From positions 4,211,891-4,275,890 of the forward strand of contig CAJFCJ010000002.1 in the NCBI GenBank assembly GCA_904063045.1: a stretch of DNA of 64,000 nt, in the 5' to 3' direction. This document shows, piece by piece, positions 41,984 through 54,834 of this stretch. Positions within the stretch are counted from its first letter, which is position 1. Each line of letters opens with the position of its first letter. Below the pieces are notes generated by a model, which did not search any database, had not been told where the DNA came from, and saw nothing but the letters and a program-made list of their open reading frames with translations. The translations under genes and the position numbers were made by a program. This DNA is from Dimorphilus gyrociliatus. Taxonomy: Eukaryota > Animalia > Annelida.

Positions 41984-42869
41984 ACTTAAGGTGCCTACCT
42001 GAAAGTGAGCGATATTACCATTTTCCGCTTGTTTTATTTTTATAGTACATTGAACAAATACATATACATTGTCATGTTTATTTAAAAAGTGATTTATATT
42101 TTGTTAAGAATATGTGTTTCATATCTAATCAAATTACAACTGCTAAAAGTTAAGTTTAAGTTATATTTTACCAATAAGACTTACGATTCAACACGTATCT
42201 ATACTGACTATTTCCCTCTGACAACTGGTATAAATAATAAAACTTTAATTCTTTGTCTTGTCTAACAGTTATAAATACAACATTAAGGGGTATATTTTTA
42301 TTAATAGGTAGACATAAAAGAGTGGCAGGAAGAGTATACATATCTTGTTCCTATGACTAAAATGTCATAGTAAAATAAGCAAAGATAGCAGGAGCGTAGC
42401 AGTTTGAACAATTTTTGGGATTAGGAAAATTATCGTCATGTCAGAGTTAAACTAAAAATAAAATAGCTGGTCAGCAGGTGAATTATGGTTAGGGTATAAA
42501 AGACGAAATCATAAATTTTTTTCTGCAGCATTCATAATTAATAATAAATCTAATTTTTTGTAATCGAGAGAATATTTATGATATCATATTTACATATGTA
42601 GCATCTTGACAATTAGTACACACATTTCAGTTAAAGTTAGTAAAAAATAAAAAACTGTTACTCATCAATTACAATTCTGCAAATTTGAACAATGGCTAAT
42701 TCTAATCATTCAACGCAGCTGATCCACTATCTATTTATTTCTACCCGCTTGAAATTCAGTTTCATTCTGTAAAGAGCGTGTTTGAAAGAGTCAACTCTCT
42801 TTTAGATATTCAAGTTACAAATTTTTTTCGGCTTTTTCTCTTCTCCCCACGAAAAATAAACACATAAAG

Positions 42870-44201
42870 ATGGAAAAGTGGGAAGGTAAAGTGGCCATTG
42901 TTACAGGAGGATCTCTAGGAATTGGTGCAGAGTGTTGTAAAACTCTAGTAGATTATGGGATGATAGTTATTGCAGTTGCAAGAACCAAATTAAAGATGAG
43001 GGTATATTTCAAATATTTTGATTTTAATATGAAATTGTATTTCTTTCTTTCCTTATTAATATTCATTATAATTAATTTTTACCATCTTTATTGTAGCATA
43101 TAGAGAAGAGTCTAGAAAATTCAAAAGGACGATATATACCACGTGTATGTAATTTATTCAACGAAAAAGATATTATAAATCTTTTCTCGAGTATTGAAAA
43201 AGAATTTGGAGCGATCCATGTTCTAGTTAACATGGCCAGCACGGGAACTATGGGCAATTTGATGAATGATTTAGATTATCTGTGGGATGCAACTATGGAG
43301 GTTTGATTTATTTGAAGATAATTGTTTTCAGTAATGTTGAACTATTTTTTATTATTTAATTTGATAATTCTTTGAAATTTTTGGACCATATTTTAGCTTA
43401 ACGTTGTTGCACCAGCCCTTTGCTGTAAGTTGGCTATTGAAAATATGCAGAAATACAATGTTAAAGGACATCTTATCAATATCGGAGGGTCTGTTTTAGC
43501 ATATTGTTAATGAAAATGTCTTTACTTTCTCCCGCATATGTTCCAGGACAGCCAGCTACTATACTTCCATTTTTCCTTCGATGCACTTTTACTCTCTATC
43601 AAAGTTCATTCTACGAGCTATTGGAGATGGTTTAAGAGCTGAATTCCGCGCCAACAACATAGATATAAGAGTTACTGTAAGTTTCAAGTAATTCTCAGTT
43701 CATTATTTTTTGTACAAATAAATTAGCATAAGTCTAAATATATTGTGATATTAGCATATCGGACCTGGCCATTGTAAGACTGGCGCGATGAGTAGATCTG
43801 GACTTACGGCGAGGGCAATGCTGAACGTCTTTGAGGTTCGTTCATAGATTATCTTTAACTGTATAGATTACAATTAAAAATTTTTAGGAGTACGGCACTA
43901 AAACATACGGAATGTCCCCTGAAGTCATTCCTGATGATTCGAATTTAAACATGGACGGTGACGAAATATATGAATGCGACGTTCTTCCTGCTCTTGAAAA
44001 ATCTGATGTTGTTGATTATATTGTTCAAGCTTTGGAACTACCCTTAGGCGCTGAGGTAAAACAGCAATAAAACTTTTAATAACTGTTGCTATTGTACTGT
44101 TTTTATAATATTCAAACTAAAAACAGATAATGGACATTATTATGAAGCCAACGGATCGAAGACATTCAATCTATGAAACTGATCTATACGTTAAATCTTA
44201 A
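42870..44201 (+). CDS. DHRS11: Classical short-chain dehydrogenase/reductase, DHRS11-like; 7 exons
   Basis: [19 protein letters not shown] (TGxxxGIG), VLVN, catalytic YSLSK, and GPG. The N-terminus resembles the DHRS11 clade. All introns are GT-AG. The symbol is family-level only. Confidence 0.88.
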
Positions 44202-44377
44202 ATCATTAGTACAAAAGTAAAGATGATCTACTGAAACTCACTGATATAACATTCTGATTATTTTCTGCTAAGAAATGAGTTATATGGAGCATATAGGCTT
44301 GATTAGAAAAAAATTTATCATTAGTAATTCAATTAATGCATAACTCATTTTGAATTTTAAATTTATTAAAATTAGAA

Positions 44378-47300
44378 ATGAACTTTGTTCTTAAATATCC
44401 TTACTTGACGCTCTTTTTATATCTGTCTTTTGGGTTTTCGCTATTCTTTTTCTCTGTTTTTATTCTGCAAATGAACGTTGATTTTGAAGTAAGATATTGG
44501 TTTAAACAGTTATTATTAAGTTTCTATTTTAAATAAATATTTGCACTCTATGAAATATTAACGTCAACTTGTTTACATACAACAGGTCGTACCAATTGCT
44601 GATAAAGAAAATAAATATATAAAAAACATTACAGAACGCTTGAATTATGACATTTTTAAGAGTTATGTATATAAATTATCACCTAATAAGAGTGAAAAAT
44701 ATGAAATTATAAGCACAATATTAAATTACTATAAAAGAATGTCGCTTTCAAATGATTTAGGTAAAATGCTACTTTCCTGTATACACTGGAGATCTGTTCG
44801 AATAGAATTTGTTGAATATTTAAAGGAAAATATAAAACATGAGAGTTTTGTACAGTTTTTGGATACAAACTACGCCAACAAACACGAGTATTATAGAAGA
44901 TGGCTGTGCTTAAGAAATTTCGTAAATTCATTAAATAATTCGGAATTATTCAAAGATGGGGAAGGATTGTCTATGAATAAGATTGAAAATTCAAACAACT
45001 TCTTTAGCCATCCAATTACATCGTATTATGAATTATCTATAGGTAAAAAAAAACAAGAAATTAAGAGAAACAGAGAATATTTAGATATTTATTATATAAA
45101 ATAATTTAATGTTGAGCAGAAAATAGGTCAAGTTTAATTCTAAAGCCTTCGAATTCTGTATGGAATATAAGCTTTCTAAAAGAACTTTGCAGTGTTGACG
45201 AATTGATAAAGAAAAAAATAAAACTGGAAGACAAATTAAGGTTCCATAAAAGCTTTTCTTTAGCTTCAGTAATTGGTGATTATTATAATATATCTTGTTC
45301 CTTAATTAATCAAACCTTAATCGACGAAGTAAGAGAAATAATTGACTTTTGTTTAACATTTTCTCAAAAATATTCAACTTTATTTCCCTATTGTATTGAG
45401 CATAGTTGTCATAAAGATGTTATAATTCCCATTTATTGTCGATTTAGAAACGGATGGCTTACTGCATTTATACTAAAGCTACTCCCCTATAATAGTATTG
45501 ATAAAGGGGAAAATTTATTCTTTGGTCCAAAATTTACTTCCTTTATAAATTACTTACAAATTAAGGATATATTTAAAAAGGATATAAAACATACAACATT
45601 AAAAGGTTACAAAATTGACAAAAGCATTAAAGACAATATAAAAAAAGATTTATTAAGTAAAGAGTTAACTACTGCAACTTTGACTGGAATAACAATTTTT
45701 ATAATAATTTGGCCATTATCGTCATTTCTAACGGCTTTAACTATTACATTACAACATTATATCGGTATTTCTATTGCCTTTATGGCAACGTGTATTTACG
45801 AGACAAATGTATTGTTTATATATGTTAGATTATCATTTTTTATTCTAACTACATTCGAAATATTTGCTATGCAAAGAATCTGGGTTGAAGAATACGTAGA
45901 AAATGATAAATTTACTTATAAAAAATGCTGTTTTACTATAAAAAGAATAGTTTATCCTTCAATGATCATATTCGCTCTACAATTTTCTTTGATATTAATA
46001 TTATTTGTTAATGTATCTTTAATATTATTGTTATCTGTTCTAGCTATTTGCTTATTAAATATTCTTTTTGTCGAGTTTACATTACCAGCAATATTTTTAC
46101 TTCAATTCTCAGCTGGAAGAAGAAAATTTTGCAGTTGCAAAATTATTGACAACAAAATTGAAGATATTAGTTCAATGAAAATAGGATACGTTTATAAAAC
46201 TCCACATAATTTGTTTCTATCGATTGATGCAAAAATAGCATCTTTAAAATTATTTTTAAATTCTGTTAAATCAAGATCTATTTCAATATCATGTATTATA
46301 TTTTTAGCCCTATTGGGTATTGGATCATCAATTTTAGTGTTTTTTACGTATCAGATACCTTTGACTTGTCAAGTTCACCTCTTAGATGGAAATCACGAAT
46401 TTAATTATTATTTACGAAATAGGCAAGCATTCCATTCAACTAGAGAATATCTAAAAATGACATTGGTTATTGAAGGGAATGATACGTTCGTTAGTATTGA
46501 TTCGTTAAAATGGGCTAAAAGAGCATGTAATAGAATAAAGGATCATCGTTTAGCATCCCCAATTTGGAAATTAAGAAAATGCCTTTCAGCAGAGATTCTT
46601 AATAATTTACAATCTTACAAAGGATTTGTTAAAAATCAGTCGATTATTAATATTATCGATAAATTGTCTGGAAAATTTACATTTGTTGACGAGTTTTATA
46701 ATAATAACAATAATAATAAATATTATTATATAATTAAAATAGAGAGTAACATTGTTACTAAAGGAGATATTCAAATTGAATACAATGCTAGGGAGGAATT
46801 GTTAAAAGAGTGGCAAAATATAAAAAGGACAATACCGAAGAAATATAAAGTGACTGAATTTTTCTCAGATTCCTGTTTTGATGTGAGATCAATGTTCCAT
46901 TTCTTACCTTTCTTCATTTCCCTTGCTCAGTTAATCTTTTTAAGTATGACCTTAATTTTATGTAAATTACCATGGATTATGACGCTTTTGACGAGTCTAA
47001 GTACACTTTTGTCGTCGACTGTCTGCGTTAGTGCAATTTTCCTTGTGTGGAGGGAATTTATAACCGTCACTCATATAATAGCAATACCTGTTATTATTTC
47101 AGGATCCAGCTTATTGCATCTTTTAGTAGTTAACACCATGAGATGCATCCAGGGCACTACTATGTTAGAAAAGATGAACAGTTTATACAATCGAATAATG
47201 CCTTCAATGTTTGCTATTGTAATATCATCATTCTTTGTTCATGCTGTCAATTGGTCATTTGGTAATGCTTTTATGAAGATTGCAATAGGTATTATGACGA

Positions 47301-48202
47301 CAACGATGTGTATAACATGGCTTTATTTACTGTTGTTCTTGCTACCATGTTTTTATAATTTAACAAGACTAAATTTGGGATTCTCTCCAACAATAAATAG
47401 AGTTGTTAAGGTGGACGATGAAGCTAATAACAGAATATTTAATATTCTAGACTATGAGGTGGATATTGATAGGATTGATGGCTCTAATCCAGTTTATCTT
47501 ATTCTTAACTTGTATCAAATTTCTGATGAAATAAAAACACGTTTGATGAAGATTAATCTTCTGTTAAGAAAAGATGTTCTTTGTAGTCTATCTGATATTT
47601 ATAGACAATTAAAAGAGAATTCCGATAAAGATTCTACAAAAAGTGTACATTATTCAATAGAAAAATTAAATAATCCCAATTGTGCCGATTCAAAAAGTAT
47701 TAGTCACAATTCTGACATTGATAGTGCGTCTCTGACCGCATACTTGTCCGATTTACACCCACAAAGACAGTCAGAATTATATAGAACAACTGATTTCTCA
47801 TTGATTGATAATACACAATCGAATGTTTCAAACGAAACATACTTTGTTAATGATAAAAACAATCATTCAAAATTAACTTACTACACTTCCAAAAGAGAGC
47901 ATAGAAATAAACGTAAACTTATAAATGGAGATAATTCATTAATTAATAAGAACAATTCTCGGAAAAACTTTAATAATTCAAGAATTCGAATAAATAAACA
48001 ATTTATAAATAGAAAATTCCTTAAAATGTTTTCTAAAACTTCTAATACTAATGATATTAATAGCTTTCATTTCTCAATTCCTTCTAATGGTAACTTATTA
48101 AATAATAAAACATTATTAGCTGACAAGTTTAAGTCATTGGAGAGGGATTTACTTCGTGATGAAAGCCACAGTAATGGGACGTCAAAAACTGACAATGAAT
48201 GA
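44378..48202 (+). CDS. Divergent Dispatched-like (RND / sterol-sensing-domain) multipass membrane protein; exons 44378-44488, 44586-45042, 45120-48202; ~1216 aa
   Basis: Topology is TM1 (exon 1, KYPYLTLFLYLSFGFSLFFFLCFIL), ECD1, five TMs, TM, ECD2, five TMs. The ECD1 segment VWNISFLKELCSVD...SFSLASVIG...NISCSLI...IIDFC aligns by eye with Dispatched LWNLPAIKSMCNVD...SWTLGNYIA...SSCQKI...LLRTC. Confidence 0.75.
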
Positions 48203-49444
48203 TTATCAAGCGGGTAATTGACGTCATTAAAAAATATTTCGTGAAGGTGAACGAGATAGAAACGTGTAAATAACAATTTATTTAAATAGCCTGCATGCTT
48301 CTATGTCATGACTAACATGTCATGAATAGCTCCTTTTAACCATCCGGTATAAAGCTTTCCAAGAAATATGACGTGAGCGTATGACAAGCTCAATTTAATT
48401 TTAGTTTTTAAATTAGCTGGAAATACACTGGAAAAAAGACGTCTTTCCTATTTTTTATTATTGACAAACTTCAAATTTTAATAATTTCATCTCTTTCATT
48501 TCGGTTTTAATGTATAAATATTGAATTCATTACCTAATCTGGGACGTATAACTTATTAAAGTTTAATTAAATTTTACACTCAACTAAAGCATTCTCACTT
48601 GTTCTTTATTTTTAATTTAAAAATTTGAATTTTGATTGGCCAAATACTTAGGCTATTTATTATATCTTTTTAACATTATAAATCCAAAATCTCATCTTAT
48701 ATAATTACCCTGGTTATTTCCCTTCGGGAAAGATATTGGATATATAAATATACTTACAGATATACAGTATAATATATATAAATTTATATATAAATACCTT
48801 TACATGCAAGCTGAAATACATGCATATACTTTACATGTATAATTTATGATATTAATATAATGTATATGCATATGTACAGAAAGCTAGCATTCAGGTAAAG
48901 CTTTGTTTAGCGTTTAATAGCCAAGAATAGATTTCCTACATGTTTCATTTTATAAAATATAATGCGAAGGGTGAAAGTTTAATGTTCAATGATCTTAAAT
49001 AAAAAATAAATGAAAGATATTTAGTTGAAAGCGGAAGAAAAATGAGAAATAGAAACAATGACAATGATAATCCTATAAATAAAATATCTTCACGTTTTTT
49101 CTTTTGCTTGTTTTGGTTTTAAACTTAGTTTGAGTAAAAATTAAAGACAGACAAAAAAAAACAAACAAAATTCTTTCCCATTTTGTCAATAAAAGCCGAA
49201 GCGCATTCAACCTTATCATAACAAGACAACAATGACCACACAAGAATAATCTCCCAAAAATTGTTATAAGAAAAATAATAAAACAAAATAATCCTTTTTT
49301 GGTGGGTTTAAGGCTAGTTTCAAGAGGCCAGCAGTCAAGTGACTGTATCCTTATTTTCCAGATAATTTTGTTATAGACAATTAACATCATTGGAAAATTC
49401 CCTTTGATAGCATTTGAAGCATCTTTCGTGCCAAAGACACAGAG

Positions 49445-52400
49445 TTAACTAACAGGTGGCTTTGAGGAAATAATCCAATCAGCGAATGGATTATCTCGAA
49501 AAGCTTGCATTAATCGACAATTTGGATTTAACTTCCTACAGTTTATATTTCCTCCCTTCTCGTACAGAAATTTATCCTTTAATCCTTCAAGATTTGAGCC
49601 GCTATAAAGAAAAAATTTTCTCTTACAATATACAATAAAAGAAGGCACTAATTGACAAAAAAGTCGTACCTGAGTACACTTTCCTCTTTAAGAATCTGCT
49701 CGACTACCTGACCAGCAGTTAGTCCAGTATGTAAATGTATATCCTTGCTTACTGATGTCCCCATAGTAACTTTTATCCTATTCTTTTTTTTTCGTTCCTA
49801 AAATAAGTTATTAACAAGTGAAAAATTTACCACTAAATCTTATCAGTTGCTTATCAATTTGCTCAGCTACTTACTTCCTCCAAAGCTGTAGTTTTGTTAG
49901 GACTTTTATCTTTACGACCAAAGAATTTTTTTATCTGACGAGTAAAAATAATGTTTAGAAACATAGAACACATATCTGCTGAAATATTCTAAAATTTACA
50001 TTGAATCCTTTATTAGTAGGAGGGGGTCGAATTTGATTTAAAAGAAATCCTGGTACAATTCCCCAAACTTTTTCATATTGTATTAATAATCGTACTACTT
50101 TAAAGCATTTAGTTGCTGCATGCAATTGGAACGTTTGAGGTTTTGACGAATCCCTTTTACTTTTACCGGTTGAAAACAAATTCGGAGCCATGATTGTTGA
50201 CACGTTGTGCAAATTCATTCGATTCTTCTCCTCATTTTCAGTTATCAATTTCAGAAAAGCGAGAATTAACTAATACAAAAAACAAATTTTGTTTTTTACT
50301 TATATTATGATATAACGAAATTATATATTCTCTATTAAATCATTTAAAATTTATAGTGCGGTTTTGTACCTTTAAAGAATTTCTGTGAACGTCTGGCAGA
50401 AGAATGAAAAGCATCATTAAGGCTTGAACTTGAGCTTCTACGCCTTTGATTTCTTCCACTTGACTGAAAGCATCTATGTATTCATTTGTGAGAAGTGGCT
50501 GAGGTAGTTCACGTAAAAATTGCTTCAATAATCCAGCGACATCACTTGATTTAGCATCTAAATGGTCCCAATCAAAATTACCTGAGGGAAACTTTGCTTC
50601 TATCACTTGACGATGTTGCTAATTTTATTAATAAGAGTAAATTTAGATAATTAGATTCTCCCTTTTTATGATCAAAAAGAGTCGCCTTTTTGAAACATAC
50701 CTTTATCCTCGCCATGGCTCCTGGTACTCTTAAAATACCTTCTTCTCTTAAACCTTTTTGTTGTAAAAATCCTATCATTTGTTTTAAAATTAATGGTACA
50801 AGTAAATCTGGGTGTTTCTTAACATCTCTGTCATATAAAGTTTGCAGAGAAGTTCCAAATATTCCGAATTCCTTAAATTTCTTTTTTGTTTTTTTTTTCG
50901 TTATATTAAGTCCATGATCGTCAAAAATAGCGGTTAATTCCATAAATACAAAACTATGAAGCTTCAAAACGTCAGCCTTGCTTAAATCTGATATTAAAGT
51001 AACATCTTCATCTTTTATCTCACAATATGGCAAGTCTGACACTCCTTTTCTCTAAAGACAGACAAAACGATATAATTGTTTCGAATATATTCGTCTTTAT
51101 TATTATTTCAAGTAAAATATTACTCACTGAATTACTTCTTTCGAATTTTATATGATAGTTACTTTCTTCATTATCCGTTATAGTGGGTAAGTCGTTTTTT
51201 GAATTTTTTGGTGTACCTGTAATATAATAATTAACCTTAAACTATTCGTAAATTACGCGATCTTTCAGCTATTTACCGGATATTTGAACAGATCGCTCAT
51301 CAAAAGAACTAAAATCTTTGATTTCTGTTTCCTCTGCTCTCTGATGTTAGACGTAAGTTTACGAGTGAAATATAAGTATTATTGTTAATAGAGCTTACTT
51401 CTGGAAAAATATCCCGTACATCCGTGTGAGTAGAAGATTTACTTTTTGACTTTAGAGTTGCTGATAAAGAGTTAACACGTTTCCTAAGAACGTCTGCTTG
51501 CTTTCTAGTTAATGTAGAAGTTATATTTTCCATATCATCATCTTTGACATCCTGACCATCTATGTTAAGTATTTTGATTTTTATAATTTTCAGTAAAATA
51601 TTCAGTATTGTCAAAAAGTTAATAATCCATCAAAAGCTTACCTGTCAATTGGGAAACTATATCAGAAAATCCTGCAGTGTGAAGCCAATGTGCATCAACA
51701 TCAACAGTTTCTGTAAGAATAAGAAAGAAAAATTACCTATGGGTGTGTCTTTATTAATTCATTAAAAACTTAGTCGATAGGCAGTGCAACTTGAGAACGA
51801 AATAAAAACTTAAAATACTAAACAGACAATGTGATTATGTTGTTCTCTTACCTACCAATTATTCGTTATTTTTCCTAATCACAATATAGATCCCAAACAA
51901 AACATTATATCAACAGAAAAGACAAAAAAAGGACAGTTTTTATTAATTATTTTTTTATTTAAATAAATAACTTTTCATTTTTTTCTACTCCCTAAAAATA
52001 TCGATTAGCCTTTAGAGTAAGATGGATGGATAAACATGAACTGTGGTAAAAAAAAAAAAAAAAGAAATATCGTTGATCACACGTAAACACAGTGTAAAAG
52101 TAAAAGCATGAATCATCAATCATGCTACGTATATTTACTGCATCTTACTACCGACATACGACACATCGAGTATATTACAGATAAGACGAAATATTACTTA
52201 GATTTTGACCAATTATTTGGGCTCGATCTAGATGCAAACGCAAATAATTAGTGAACGTATCTTCCTTCTTTTTCTTTAAATAAGTCTTTTTTGGTTTTTT
52301 ATGTCTTGGAAATTTTTAACGCAAAGGATATTTATAATAAATTCTAAAAAGGTACTGTTATCTCGCAACTGGAAGAAAAGATATCTTATATAAACAGAAG

Positions 52401-52637
52401 AAAAAAAACTATGATATAAGGAATGAACAGAAATTTTTGGGTTGAAAAAAGAAAACAAAAGGTAGAAAGGAAGAAATTAGAGCATATAATAAATAATATT
52501 AATTATAGAAATTTACCTTCAGGAGTTTTATTATCATCTTCATCACTATACTCCTCAGGTGTGTTAGAATAGTGATTTATTTCAGTTTTTAATAATTCTT
52601 GGTCAACTTCATCGTTTAAGCTGGTTGCCATCGCCAT
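49445..52637 (-). CDS. ARHGAP18: Rho GTPase-activating protein, ARHGAP18/28/40 (Drosophila conundrum) family, multi-exon
   Basis: WLHTAGF, STLTRKQADVLRKRV...DVRDIF, arginine finger EGILRVPG, DVAGLLKQFLRELPQPLL, NRMNLHNVSTIMAPNLF, and C-terminal FLYEKGGNI...NPFADWII. Exon phases are consistent. The exact paralogue is uncertain. Confidence 0.93.
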
Positions 52638-53399
52638 TACATGGCCCTATCGGTAAATGATAGACAATAAATGCTTTGTGATGCTGTATCAGAAAAATAT
52701 GTATAAAATTTTAAAAATATACCTACTTTAAAAGATAATCTGATCAAAATAACAAGTCCTTATCAGATAAGATTTAATCCTTTTGAATAGCTGAAAAAAA
52801 TTCCATATTATTTCGACTACAAGCTAAGGCCACATTAACGTAAACACATGTTCACAATATCTATCTTCACGATTGTATAACTTGATAGTTAAAGAAATTA
52901 GGTCAAATTAGAGAAATGGCGTCTGTTATTGGATAGAAAAATGAATCTGAATATTTTCGTGACTATAACGTACATGTGGGCGTGTACTAATCAATAATTC
53001 TACTACTTTACCTTCTCTTCGTACTAGAGACGCCTAAAAAGGCGTCTAGTTTGAAGTGCTATTTTTATCATTAGTTGCATACTTTGCTAAATATGTTAAC
53101 GTTTATGAAATTTTCCAATTTGTTCCTAAAGTAAACGTCGAAAAAACGTTAAAAATAATTCTATATAGAGAACTACCTTAGGATTACATAAAAGCTAACA
53201 AACGTTGTAAGTTTACCGATGATTACCTGGTATTAATTTTATATAAAAGAAAAAGGCGGTATTTCTCCTAAAAATAGCTCAGATATTTGAATTAAAAAAT
53301 ATAGTAACAGCTATACAGCATTCAAATTCATTTATCTAATTATTTAAGGATATTTTACTCTTCTACATCACATTTACGTACTCTGTACATCTAATAAAA

Positions 53400-54250
53400 G
53401 TGAAGAAATTAGGTGTATATATACTTACATATAAATATATATAGCGGTATATACAATATATTTACATGCAGTAATATAACATGTACATAGAAAAATATAT
53501 GTATATACTGCACGTATGATAAAGGTTATCCAAAAACCAGAAGTCTACAGTAAACATAATATTTAATAACAACTATATATAACATATACTATAGACTTTA
53601 TATACATGTTTAGAATATATATGCGTATTATTCAGTGTTCATCTAAGCATCAAGTATAAGCTATTTTATTATTAAATCGTCATACTTATGCATCGTCATA
53701 TTTCCAGTATTTAGTTATAGCGTACATGTATATGTATTTATACATCATACCGTATGAAACATTATAATAAACTTTTTGCGTATAATTTATATATAGATGT
53801 TTATATAGAATGATTATAATATACATCTCTCTATAAAAAGATACAATAAATATAATATATACATGTACATTGTATACATGTATATATTTAAATATTATTT
53901 ATATACACTATATATATATATACATATATATATCGTTTTAAAATCGTTTTAACTAAATACCGATCTATATAAATAATACGCTTTATAATATTATAAATAC
54001 ATTCGTACATACGTAAATATAGTATTCATAAATATGTATTTCAAACTAAAATTTCCTTTGTCAATGATTAATTCTCGTTTTCGAATTTACAAAAGATTTT
54101 CACTAGTAAATCCATCCGTTTAAATCTGGCGTTTGTATTAAATTTTAAAATATGTATTAATACATTAATATGTAGATAAACATATACATTCGAACGTACA
54201 TGTTATTTAAAGATCGTGACTAAGTTTATACCATAAGAATAACATTCCTA
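53400..54250. repeat. AT-rich low-complexity region rich in TA/TACATGTA units
   Basis: Directly visible, including the inverted repeat tatatacatgta-N7-tacatgtatata near 53857-53887. Confidence 0.7.
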
Positions 54251-54556
54251 ATTAATCATGTTTATGGTAGTCGGGAATTATATTAAAACTTACACATCTT
54301 CATCAGTGTTAAAGACAGTAGAAACTAAATTAAAATAAAAGTAAACATACTTTCTTAGGTGTACAACTCCCAAATTGAAGATATTTAGCAGATCATTTCT
54401 TCCTCCACCTGCAAAGGTGAAGGACACTCTGATGATACGGTACCGTAATCGACTCGATTTTTTTTAATGGAATAGTTTCCAGTTTACAAGTTCAATAGGT
54501 TGAAGTAATATTCAAGAATATATTTATTATGTATTAAAACATATATAACTATATAC

Positions 54557-54589
<33 letters not shown>

Positions 54590-54834
54590 CAATATAATAG
54601 ATATTGTTAAGCACAGATACTTTTTCGAAGTAATAATATTGAACGTTCAATATAAAATTTGAAACATTTATTTGTCCAAAAAATTCGATGGATAAATCGA
54701 TGTTTAGTTAATTACTTGGGTGAAATAGGGCAGAATCATAATGTACAATCACTTCTAGAAATCTTTTAGAGAAGAGAGAACTTTTTATTATTAATATTGT
54801 TTTTTCTTTTTTGTTTTGCTATTTTATACACATC

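Noticed and set aside
51115-51216. Suspected frameshift or premature stop in a RhoGAP exon
   Set aside because: Careful re-reading gives an open frame to a phase-0 GTGAGT donor that joins the next exon correctly.
54300-54428. Alternative third exon for the MIF-like gene (RVSFTFAGGG...)
   Set aside because: A closer exon at 54892-54835 gives a typical 75-nt intron, a D-DT-like RILVLF strand and the expected ~113-aa length.
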